Source: an uncultured Dehalococcoidaceae bacterium
Lineage (GTDB): Bacteria; Chloroflexota; Dehalococcoidia; Dehalococcoidales; RBG-16-60-22
DNA length: 64,000 bases
Direction: 5' to 3'
NCBI GenBank assembly: GCA_964638295.1
Contig: CAZWYS010000001.1
Span: 2,144 to 66,143 of the forward strand
The notes below the pieces were generated by a model, which was not told where the DNA came from, searched no databases, and worked only from the letters and a program-made list of their open reading frames with translations. The position numbers were made by a program, and so were the translations under genes. Below are positions 10,304 through 18,353 of the stretch, piece by piece. The stretch's first letter is position 1. Each line of letters begins with the position of its first letter.

Positions 10304-11296
10304 TTATCTGCCTCCTTCCTGGGCATAGATGCCCTTAAAAGCTACTTCCGGAGCCGGTTCGGGGCTTTTTATGGCGAAATCAACCGCTTCATCAAGCTCC
10401 TTCCGGGACTCTTTTTCAATTTTTTCAGCCAGCTCGTCAGTCATGTGGCCCATCCCGGTCAGTTGCTTTTGGAAAATTTTAATCGGGTCACGTTTCTCCC
10501 ACCACTCCTCTACCTCACCCTTCGGTCGGTATGTAGGGCCGCTAACCGAAGCCACACGCAGGCTATGCTCCGGTGACAGGCGATAGGTAACACACTCAAT
10601 TAAACTGGGGCCCTCACCTTTTCTAGCCCTGTCGGCGGCGCTTTTGACGGTTTCATAGACAGCCATAATATCAGTGCCGTCCACCTTTAACCCGGGTATA
10701 TCGTAGGCAACGGCTCTAGCCGAAATGTCAACGTTGGCGCATCCTCTGCGTAGCGGCATTGACATGGCATATTGATTATTGGTGCAGAGGAACACAGTAG
10801 GCACCTTCCACAGCGCCGCCAGGTTCAGTCCCTCGTGAAAGGTACCGCGGGTGCTGGCACCGTCCCCGAAAAAGTCGAGACAGACCTGATTGGTCTTCCG
10901 CATCTTGATACCCAAGCCAACACCACCGGCAATAGTTATGCCACCGCCGACGATAGCACTGGTACCGAGAAAATTGTGGTCAAAGTCGGAAACGTGCATT
11001 GAGCCACCTTTGCCTTCGTTGCAGCCGGTAGCCTTACCGAAGACTTCAGCCAGCACAACGGGCATACTTGCCCCCCTAGCAAGTATGTGTCCATGGGCAC
11101 GGTGGGTAGACATGATATAATCGTCTTTGTCCAAAGCACTACAGGCACCAACGGCTACCGCTTCTTCGCCCATGGAAGCATGCCCGGTGCCGACAATGTA
11201 GCCTTCCTCAAAGTAATGGGGGAGACTCATTTCAAAAAGTCTTATTCTTACCATCCGCCGGTACATGCTTAAGAGTTGTTCTTTAGTTAACTGCAT
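10304..11296 (-). CDS. 2-oxoacid dehydrogenase E1 component, alpha subunit (TPP-dependent)
   Basis: TPP-binding region FFGDGASTRGTFHEGLNLAA..NNQYAMS. ATG at 11296 has GGAGG 6 nt upstream (ORF-track start is GTG 11302). Confidence 0.9.
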   Translation of the reverse strand: MQLTKEQLLSMYRRMVRIRLFEMSLPHYFEEGYIVGTGHASMGEEAVAVGACSALDKDDYIMSTHRAHGHILARGASMPVVLAEVFGKATGCNEGKGGSMHVSDFDHNFLGTSAIVGGGITIAGGVGLGIKMRKTNQVCLDFFGDGASTRGTFHEGLNLAALWKVPTVFLCTNNQYAMSMPLRRGCANVDISARAVAYDIPGLKVDGTDIMAVYETVKSAADRARKGEGPSLIECVTYRLSPEHSLRVASVSGPTYRPKGEVEEWWEKRDPIKIFQKQLTGMGHMTDELAEKIEKESRKELDEAVDFAIKSPEPAPEVAFKGIYAQEGGR

Positions 11297-11537
11297 CTTC
11301 ACCTCCCTTTATTTAAAATCCAACTACCGGGAAGAGTTCAACATGATTAACAACCACACACTGACGAAGCTCCTCTGGAAAGATACCATAATTCATTTGA
11401 CCCGTCAAAATGGCATGGATGACGTAGCTCACTCATAACACGTAGAGTTTGCGTTAGTGTCTCCCAAATACTATGATAGGGTTTAGCGAGCTAAAGCTTT
11501 GGGCAACGGCTGGCCCTAGGCAGAGAGTTGCAATCTA

Positions 11538-12764
11538 TTGTCCAAGACCAGAAACACAAAAACAGCGCTTCAACAGTGGGGTGGAAGCACGGCTACTTTC
11601 TTTACTTATACCCACTTCGGCCAAGACCTGTGTACCGGGCTGCTCGTCGCCATGCTACCACTGATTCGGGAAAGCCTGGGACTAAGCTACCTGCAGTCCG
11701 GGCTGTTACTTTCCGCTTACACCATTACTTCTGGTCTTTCTCAATTTCCGGGGGGATGGATTGGGGACCGGATGAGACGAGATATCGTTATTGCCACCGG
11801 CCTGGGGGGCGTCGCTCTTATGACCCTGGCGGTGGGTCTGAGTTCAGCCTATTATCCCATGCTGGTAATTTTAATCATTATGGGGATTTTCGCCGGCGCC
11901 TATCACCCTGCCGCACTGTCTTTACTTTCCGGCTATTTTGAGGAAGCGAGAAGGGGCAAGGCGATAGCGCTGCACATGGTTGGAGGTAGTATTGGCTTTG
12001 CTATCGGGCCGGCACTCGGGGGGCTCATTGCCGAAATACTGGGGTGGCACTTTGCTTTTATAATCCTGAGCATTCCGGCTCTGGCGGCGGTCCCGATGGT
12101 ACTGAAGAAGTTAAGACCAAAAGAGCCGATAAATAGCAGTGAGTCAGTAAACGACATTCCCGACGATAATGGCTCTGCATCCCAGGCACGGCAACAAAAT
12201 ATTGGCATTGGTCGAGTTCTGCGACCAATCGCCATCATTCTCTGTCTGGCTATTTCAATGCAGCTTATCGGCGGCTCGGCGATGGCGTTTATCCCGATAT
12301 ACCTGGTGGACAAGCATAATATTGCCCCGGCCTATGCCGCCATGATGATGGCGATAGTGAGAGGAGGGGGTATAGCCGGCAGCCTGTTTGGGGGGTGGCT
12401 GTCCGACAAGTGGAGCAGAAAGAAGTCAATTTTCCTGTCCCTGGTGGCTACCGGTCCGATTCTATATCTGCTCACGGTGCTACCCTTTAATGCCGGGCTC
12501 ATAGTAATCTTCGTTCTTTTGGGAGCAATAATGTACATGAGGCAGGCAACAGTCCAGCCGTTTCTCATGGACAGCGTCCCGCCTCAACTCAGGGCAACCA
12601 TGTTTGGCATCTACTTTGGTTTGTCCATGGAGGGAATGAGCCTGGCACAGCCCATCGCCGGGTATTTCATGGACATTCTCGGCATTGCTGAAGTGTTTAC
12701 CTTTATTGCCTTAATCAGTATCGGGTTGTCAGTAGCCTCTCTGATTCTGGCGAAAAAGGCTTAA
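11538..12764 (+). CDS. MFS transporter
   Basis: 408 aa. About 12 hydrophobic segments and a G..GDR.RR-like loop (GGWIGDRMRRD) after TM2. The TTG start is uncertain. Confidence 0.8.
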   Translation: MSKTRNTKTALQQWGGSTATFFTYTHFGQDLCTGLLVAMLPLIRESLGLSYLQSGLLLSAYTITSGLSQFPGGWIGDRMRRDIVIATGLGGVALMTLAVGLSSAYYPMLVILIIMGIFAGAYHPAALSLLSGYFEEARRGKAIALHMVGGSIGFAIGPALGGLIAEILGWHFAFIILSIPALAAVPMVLKKLRPKEPINSSESVNDIPDDNGSASQARQQNIGIGRVLRPIAIILCLAISMQLIGGSAMAFIPIYLVDKHNIAPAYAAMMMAIVRGGGIAGSLFGGWLSDKWSRKKSIFLSLVATGPILYLLTVLPFNAGLIVIFVLLGAIMYMRQATVQPFLMDSVPPQLRATMFGIYFGLSMEGMSLAQPIAGYFMDILGIAEVFTFIALISIGLSVASLILAKKA

Positions 12765-12787
12765 AGATAACCCCGGCTGGTGGAAAA

Positions 12788-13084
12788 CTATCTGCGGATG
12801 GCTATCTTTACCTTCTCTATCTCCCCCACTCCTTTCAGGGGGGAAAGCATACCTGCGATTGTGCTCTTGATGATTTTGCTGGCAAACAGATTGGTCGGAA
12901 CCAGAGCACCGTTCAGGTAGATGGTAACGTTATCGCCTTCAACTGCCACATCCAGGGTATTTACCTCTCCAGCACCCTCCAGCGCAGCCACCATACCACC
13001 GAGGGTATGGTCAATAAAGCCACGAACAAAGTAGTCAAGGGAAATTGGCGCCTCATTAACAAAAAGACTTATTTCTCTGGTCAT
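12788..13084 (-). CDS. hypothetical protein (98 aa)
   Basis: Clean ORF with no competing gene. No motif recognised. Confidence 0.4.
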   Translation of the reverse strand: MTREISLFVNEAPISLDYFVRGFIDHTLGGMVAALEGAGEVNTLDVAVEGDNVTIYLNGALVPTNLFASKIIKSTIAGMLSPLKGVGEIEKVKIAIRR

Positions 13085-13170
13085 TTTGTCATTTCCTTTC
13101 CCTGCTTTCTCCAGGAGAGAGATAACAGAGCATTTTCTGAATTATGTCAAGTCAATCACTTTCTTTTCTG

Positions 13171-13677
13171 TTACCCCAGCTGAGCCCGCAGTTTATGTAA
13201 AAGCTCCTGCTCAATTTCAGCATGCGCTTCAAGCAGTTTTCTGGTGTGGCTGATATGGGCTCGCATATCGTGAGCGCTTGCTTCCCACAGGTGACGGGAT
13301 AAGCCACCGGTAATCAACTCGGCGATATGTTCTTTGGAATGAGCCAGGCGATTTCTCAGGTCTTCATGCTCAAGGAGCAGAGAGCGCAGGGCTGATACCA
13401 GCTCTTTGCTGCCATGTTTTTCAAAAGCGGCCACGAGTCCGGTTTCCTCACGGTCAAAGTGCGCCTGAAGTCCTTTATCTATTGTCTCCAGCATCTCCTG
13501 CAACTTTCGCAGACCCCCTCCCTGCCCGAGCCTCCCTGGCATAAAAGCATCTTTGGCTTTTTCCAAACCCGCTATTGCTTCGGCATCATTGGCGGCCTGC
13601 TCCAGATTCTGAGCCCCCTGTTTAATAATTTTATGTTCTTCAATAATCTTTTCAATCAAAGCCAGCGCTTCTTCCAT
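13171..13677 (-). CDS. hemerythrin-like (HHE cation-binding) domain protein
   Basis: Repeated H....E / HF..EE patterns (EEHK, AHFDREE, LEHEDL, EAHAEIE). ATG at 13677 has AGGAGG 7 nt upstream (ORF-track start is 13713). Confidence 0.5.
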   Translation of the reverse strand: MEEALALIEKIIEEHKIIKQGAQNLEQAANDAEAIAGLEKAKDAFMPGRLGQGGGLRKLQEMLETIDKGLQAHFDREETGLVAAFEKHGSKELVSALRSLLLEHEDLRNRLAHSKEHIAELITGGLSRHLWEASAHDMRAHISHTRKLLEAHAEIEQELLHKLRAQLG

Positions 13678-13787
13678 CGGTTTACCTCCTAAATCGACAC
13701 CACGCTTTACCATCCCGCTTATTTGAGTAGAAAAAGTATAACATATAAGCAGAAGGACAGGCTATTTATCCTTATGGCTAAATATAT

Positions 13788-14249
13788 CTAAGAGACCAAC
13801 CCGCGCATACGATACAGCACTACTCCAGTTCCACCAAGCGCGATCCCAGTGATAACCATAAAGACACCGCTGGCAGCAACCGACTGGGTAAGCCCAAAGG
13901 CAACGACGGCCAGATAAAGGTAGTTCTCCAGATTCAGGGCCTGGGCATAGGTCAATTGTTCTGGATTTGCCGGATTATACCGTTCCCCGCCCAGTAAATC
14001 GCTGTATGTTGGAGCTATTCCCCGGCGGTGCTCTCTAATCGTGTCGCCGGCTTTCTGCGCTTCGGTTAAAGAATCAATAATCTCACCTTCCAGTTCCGAC
14101 TCAATGCCAAGGGTCACGTTTTCAATGCGCATTACCTCTTTTAGCTGATTATCCCTGGCAACACCCAAGCCAACGAAGACACCGCCCATGACTATCGCCA
14201 CCAAACCGGCAAACATTACCATCAATGCCAAATTACGTGTTAGTTTCAT
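13788..14249 (-). CDS. membrane protein, two predicted TM helices, unknown function
   Basis: 153 aa. Hydrophobic N- and C-terminal segments flank a polar domain. Confidence 0.5.
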   Translation of the reverse strand: MKLTRNLALMVMFAGLVAIVMGGVFVGLGVARDNQLKEVMRIENVTLGIESELEGEIIDSLTEAQKAGDTIREHRRGIAPTYSDLLGGERYNPANPEQLTYAQALNLENYLYLAVVAFGLTQSVAASGVFMVITGIALGGTGVVLYRMRGLVS

Positions 14250-14433
14250 TTCCTTACCTCCTTTCCTGCGGTAATTAAATTAATTTTAGGTCATAGTATA
14301 ACGCCTGTATGTGAGATATATCACATACTAGTTATTAGAGCTACTATATGCTAATATCTAATGCACCAAAAATAAGAGAGCTTTTGACGAGAACCCCGAA
14401 GATACAAGCAGCGAAAATAGAGGAGTCCAGCAA

Positions 14434-15342
14434 ATCATAGGCAGACTATTCAGAAACCGTAATTTCATACTCATCCTATCCATGGTGCTGGGGCTGGCTA
14501 TCGGCGAGCGGGTAGCCGTCCGGACAGAGCCGTTGATACTGCCAGCGCTGGCACTGATTATGACGTTATCCGCCACCAACATAACTTCCCGTGATTTCGC
14601 CTCTCTTAAAGCCATGCCGCGCGCGATACTCATTTCATTACTGATGAACTACGTGGTGATGGGGGGCATAATTTTACTGATGGCGTGGTGGCTGATAGAT
14701 GACAGCGAGTTATGGACAGGGTTTGTGGTGCTGGCGGCGGTGCCTCCCGCAGTAGCGGTGGTGCCTTTCAGCTACGTGCTGGGGGGGAACACGCTCTTTT
14801 CCCTGATGGGCATGACGGGGGCTTACCTGGCGGCGCTGGCAATCATGCCGGCGGCGATGGCGTTGTTCCTCGGGATTGATTTCTTTGACCCGGCTAAATT
14901 GCTCTTAATTCTCGGAGAGTTAATCGTCGTTCCCGTGGTCCTTTCCCGGATATTGCTTTTCACCAAGCTAGCCCAGCGTATAGACAGGTGGCGGGGCACG
15001 ATTGTCAACTGGAGCTTTTTCGTAGCTCTGTTCACCATCGTCGGGCTGAACCGGCAGGCTTTCTTCGGTGAGTTTGACGTCCTGATAAGACTGGTCATAA
15101 TTGCGGTGGTCATTTCCTTTGGTCTGGGCTATGCTATCGAACTAATCACCAAGGCGCTGCGGGTAAATCCAGCGACCAGCATCAGCCTGTCGCTCATGGG
15201 GACGCTGAAAAACTACGGTCTGGCGAGTGGCATCCTGCTTACCCTTTTCAGCGAGAGGGCGGCAATTCCGGCATCTGTCTGCACCGTTTTCGGCATTTTG
15301 CGGATGGTGTGGCTGGGGTTTCGCATCAAGAAGGCAGCGTAA
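14434..15342 (+). CDS. bile acid:sodium symporter-like (BASS/AEC-type) membrane transporter
   Basis: Polytopic membrane protein. The first canonical start (ATG 14482) falls inside the first TM helix. The frame is open from 14362, and GAGGAG (14420-14425) lies 8 nt before in-frame ATC 14434 / ATA 14437. Confidence 0.6.
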   Translation: MIGRLFRNRNFILILSMVLGLAIGERVAVRTEPLILPALALIMTLSATNITSRDFASLKAMPRAILISLLMNYVVMGGIILLMAWWLIDDSELWTGFVVLAAVPPAVAVVPFSYVLGGNTLFSLMGMTGAYLAALAIMPAAMALFLGIDFFDPAKLLLILGELIVVPVVLSRILLFTKLAQRIDRWRGTIVNWSFFVALFTIVGLNRQAFFGEFDVLIRLVIIAVVISFGLGYAIELITKALRVNPATSISLSLMGTLKNYGLASGILLTLFSERAAIPASVCTVFGILRMVWLGFRIKKAA

Positions 15343-15371
15343 GTCTGCCCGAAAGCCTCTTTACCAGCAGG

Positions 15372-16286
15372 CTATTTTTCCAATCGCTGCAGATAGCGGT
15401 GGGCTTGAAGCGCCGCTTTGGCACCTTCACCGGCGGCAACAATAATCTGCTTCTCCGGCACATCAGTCACATCGCCGGCGGCATAAAGTCCGGGCATGGT
15501 GGTCTCACAATCACAGCTAATGGGCACCTCTCCCCACTTGTTAAGCTCAATAAGCCCTTTTACGGCATCGGAATTGGGCACCAGTCCGATTTCAATGAAA
15601 ACGCCGGTAACATCCAGAACTTTTTCCTCGCCACTCTTGAGGCTTTTTACCAGTACTCCCGCTACCAAATCTTTGCCTTTAATTTCCAGCGTCTGGTATT
15701 CGGTAAGAATGGTAAGGTCTCGGGCACCGGAGAGCCGGTCAATAAGAACGGGGTCGCCGGTCAGGGGGGTCAGTGAGACCAGGTAAACATGCTCCGCAAT
15801 TTTTATCATGTCCAAAGCCGCCTCAAGCGCCGAGTTGCCACCTCCCACCACCATTACCCTCTGCCCGGCAAAAACAGGACCGTCACAGATGGCGCAGTAC
15901 GTAACGCCCCTCCCGGTAAACTCTTCCTCCCCCGGCACGTTCAACTTTTTAGGCTTTTTCCCGGTGGCAAAGATTACCGCCCTGGCCCGATATTGAGCGC
16001 CAGCTTCAGTTATGGCTTCAAAGCCATCCCTAATCTTCCTCAGCCGGGTTACTTTATCGCCAATTTTCTGGTCAACAGGAAACTGGCCCACCTGAGTCTG
16101 GAATTTATCAATCAGCTCCGGACCTTCAATGAGTTGATAGCCCAGGTAGTTCTCAATATTTATCGTCCAGTTAATCTGACCACCAATGTCAACGGTAACC
16201 AGCAAAGTTTTGAGCTGCTTACGAGCCGCATAGACACTGGCAGCAAGCCCGGCGGGACCGCCACCGACTATCATTAAATCGTACAA
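15372..16286 (-). CDS. trxB: thioredoxin-disulfide reductase family flavoprotein
   Basis: 304 aa, TTG start with AGGAGG upstream. GGGPAG FAD motif, redox CAICDG, second GGGNSA NAD(P)H motif. Confidence 0.85.
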   Translation of the reverse strand: MYDLMIVGGGPAGLAASVYAARKQLKTLLVTVDIGGQINWTINIENYLGYQLIEGPELIDKFQTQVGQFPVDQKIGDKVTRLRKIRDGFEAITEAGAQYRARAVIFATGKKPKKLNVPGEEEFTGRGVTYCAICDGPVFAGQRVMVVGGGNSALEAALDMIKIAEHVYLVSLTPLTGDPVLIDRLSGARDLTILTEYQTLEIKGKDLVAGVLVKSLKSGEEKVLDVTGVFIEIGLVPNSDAVKGLIELNKWGEVPISCDCETTMPGLYAAGDVTDVPEKQIIVAAGEGAKAALQAHRYLQRLEK

Positions 16287-16340
16287 GGCTGCCTCCTAAC
16301 CCAACCCAGTAAGTCGTTCAGCCCCCATATCTACCCGCTA

Positions 16341-16580
16341 TCACGATGCGAGCAGGCTGTCCAACCTGGTCTGGTTAAACCCGATGACAATTTCACCATC
16401 AACAGTGATTACCGGAACGCCCATCTGCTTTGATTTCTGTATCATCTCCCTGGCTTTCTCTCTATCAGTCGCCACGTTGTGCTCAGTATACTTGACACCT
16501 TTGCGCGAAAGATACTCTTTCGCCCGATGACAATAGGGTCAGGTGGGAGTAGTGTAGATAACCACTTTCTTATCCGCCAT
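16341..16580 (-). CDS. glutaredoxin/NrdH-like redoxin with in-frame UGA (putative selenocysteine) in a U-P-Y-C active site
   Basis: My own translation: MADKKVVIYTTPT[TGA]PYCHRAKEYLSRKGVKYTEHNVATDREKAREMIQKSKQMGVPVITVDGEIVIGFNQTRLDSLLAS. The TGA at 16541-16539 replaces the first Cys of CPYC. GAGGT SD precedes the ATG. A hairpin follows the UGA. Confidence 0.65.
16505..16523 (-). promoter_or_regulatory. candidate bacterial SECIS hairpin
   Basis: mRNA GCGAAAG-AGUAU-CUUUCGC: 7-bp stem, 5-nt loop containing GU, beginning 15 nt after the in-frame UGA. Confidence 0.45.
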
Positions 16581-16615
16581 TGCTTACCTCGCTTTATAGA
16601 ATAGCCGTAGAAGTG

Positions 16616-16762
16616 TTAATCTTCCAGGTGAATATGCTCACCCACGACAGGATTGCCACACACCGGGCAACTGGCTACCAGCATTGTCTGGCAGTTCGGG
16701 CATCGACCGGGTGTCTCTGATTCATAGCCACATTCTGGACATACATATTTAACATCCTGCAT
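16616..16762 (-). CDS. small zinc-ribbon protein (48 aa, three CxxC pairs)
   Basis: My own translation: MQDVKYVCPECGYESETPGRCPNCQTMLVASCPVCGNPVVGEHIHLED. GGGGGTGG SD upstream. First gene of the Grx-trxB operon. Too short for the ORF track. Confidence 0.5.
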   Translation of the reverse strand: MQDVKYVCPECGYESETPGRCPNCQTMLVASCPVCGNPVVGEHIHLED

Positions 16763-16774
16763 AAGACCACCCCC

Positions 16775-16795
16775 AATATTTAGTAGCTAAATATT
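16775..16795. promoter_or_regulatory. perfect 9-3-9 palindrome AATATTTAG-tag-CTAAATATT (candidate operator or 5'-UTR hairpin)
   Basis: Read directly. Lies 13 nt upstream of the zinc-ribbon ATG, in the divergent region between the redox operon and the ferritin/suf operon. Confidence 0.3.
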
Positions 16796-16986
16796 ACGTT
16801 CGGAAGAAAAGGATGTCAAATTTCTCATTCCGGGTAAGCTTTCCGATTATTATTTCAGAAAGATTTATTATATCATATATAAGATAGCATAGATTATGGT
16901 CAAAATATGGCATGCGACCAAAGTCACATACAGGGGCAAATTCGCGAGGTAAATTTGGATAGAGTTAGTCCAAATTCAACCAAGTA

Positions 16987-17015
16987 TTGACAAGGGCAAA
17001 AGTTAGGGCTATTAT
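16987..17015 (+). promoter_or_regulatory. sigma-70-type promoter candidate for the rubrerythrin/suf operon
   Basis: TTGACA (16987-16992), 17-nt spacer, TATTAT (17010-17015), 33 nt before ATG 17048. An 8-bp inverted repeat AATTTGGA-N9-TCCAAATT (16952-16976) lies just upstream. Confidence 0.45.
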
Positions 17016-17047
17016 CGGTTACACTCTCATACAGGAGGGAAGCAGCG

Positions 17048-17578
17048 ATGGCAACGGAACAGGATAAAACTCTGGAAGGACTTCAGGCGGCTATCCAAAT
17101 GGAGATTGACGGCAAGGAATTTTATTTAAAAGCGAGCCAGCAAAGCAGCAACGAAGCCGGTAAGAAGCTGCTGGAGTCTCTGGCTAACGAAGAAGACGTT
17201 CACCGGCAGAAATTTGAGGAAATATACGAGGCTATTAAGAATAAAAAAACCTGGCCCAGGTTAGATTTCCAGCCGGACATGGGCAGGGGGCTACGGACAC
17301 TATTTGCCCGGGAGACGGAGAGGCTGGGGGGCACGGTAAAGGCTCCGGCAACCGAGCTTGAGGCGGCCAAAACAGCGACAGATATGGAAAGCAAGACATA
17401 TGATTTTTATAAAGCCCAAAGTAAAGATGCTGTCTATGAAGCCGAGAAAGATTTCTACGAGGCTTTAGCTGCCCAAGAGAGGGAACACCAACTGATTCTG
17501 CTTGATTACCAGGAATATCTCAAAGACCCGGCAGCATGGTTCGTCAGTAAAGAACATCCCTCTCTGGACGGGGGCTAA
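17048..17578 (+). CDS. rubrerythrin/ferritin-like diiron four-helix-bundle protein
   Basis: 176 aa. Paired E...EEDVH and E...EREH ligand motifs. Confidence 0.75.
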   Translation: MATEQDKTLEGLQAAIQMEIDGKEFYLKASQQSSNEAGKKLLESLANEEDVHRQKFEEIYEAIKNKKTWPRLDFQPDMGRGLRTLFARETERLGGTVKAPATELEAAKTATDMESKTYDFYKAQSKDAVYEAEKDFYEALAAQEREHQLILLDYQEYLKDPAAWFVSKEHPSLDGG

Positions 17579-17600
17579 GAAAGAGGTGGGAGGTGTAAAC

Positions 17601-18353
17601 ATGCTGGAAATCAAGCAACTAACCGTGGCGGTAGGGGGGAAAGAGATACTGCATGATGTGAATTTGACCATAAAGACCGGCGAAACGCATGTCCTTTTCG
17701 GGCCTAACGGCGGCGGCAAAACAACCCTGCTGATGGCGATAATGGGCTTTCCGAAGTACAAAATAACCAAGGGCAGTATCTTTTTCAAGGGTAAGGACGT
17801 AACCAGATTGTCGCTGGATAAACGTGCCCGGCTGGGGATAGGCATGTCTTTTCAACGCCCTCCGGTTGTCCGAGGAGTGAAGACCAAAGATATGGTTGCC
17901 GCCTGTCTAAAGAGTAGAAAAAATGAGGAGAAAATAAGGCAGCTCGCTGAAGAGGCTGACCTGGCGGATTTCATGGAGAGAGAGATAAACTACGGGTTCT
18001 CCGGGGGGGAAATAAAGCGGGCTGAGCTAATGCAACTCCTGGCGCAGAAGCCGGAGCTGGTCCTGCTAGACGAGCCAGAGTCCGGAGTTGACCTGGTGAA
18101 TATAGCCCTGATTGGCGGGCTTATAAACCATCTGCTGGAGAAAGATTGCCCGATACTTTATCGCAAATGCATGGGGCTTATCATTACCCACACCGGGCAC
18201 AACCTGGATTATGTTAATGCCCGCACCGGCTATGTCATGTGCGATGGCATGATAGGCTGCGAGGGTGACCCCCACGAGATTTTGAAAACAGTTAAAGAAA
18301 AGGGCTATGACGAGTGCATCAGATGTCTGGTAAGGAGAAAACCGAATGCGTGA
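17601..18353 (+). CDS. sufC: SufC-like Fe-S cluster assembly ATPase
   Basis: Walker A GPNGGGKT, signature FSGGEIKR, Walker B LVLLDEPESGVD, H-loop ITHTGH. ATG 17601 is preceded by GAGGTGGGAGG. The ORF-track start 17502 overlaps the upstream gene. Confidence 0.85.
   Translation: MLEIKQLTVAVGGKEILHDVNLTIKTGETHVLFGPNGGGKTTLLMAIMGFPKYKITKGSIFFKGKDVTRLSLDKRARLGIGMSFQRPPVVRGVKTKDMVAACLKSRKNEEKIRQLAEEADLADFMEREINYGFSGGEIKRAELMQLLAQKPELVLLDEPESGVDLVNIALIGGLINHLLEKDCPILYRKCMGLIITHTGHNLDYVNARTGYVMCDGMIGCEGDPHEILKTVKEKGYDECIRCLVRRKPNA

Noticed and set aside
16539-16541. Reading the in-frame TGA in the glutaredoxin-like gene as a simple nonsense mutation (pseudogene)
   Set aside because: This is not fully excluded, but I judge it less likely. 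The TGA falls exactly on the catalytic Cys position, the remaining 65 codons stay open and well conserved in character, and a SECIS-like hairpin follows at the expected distance. It is therefore kept as a finding with explicit refutation criteria.
17502-17600. N-terminal extension of the SufC-like ORF (track start 17502) overlapping the rubrerythrin-like gene by 77 nt
   Set aside because: ATG 17601 is preceded by a strong GAGGTGGGAGG SD. The protein from 17601 begins MLEIKQL.., the usual SufC N-terminus, and the extension has no homology-like features.
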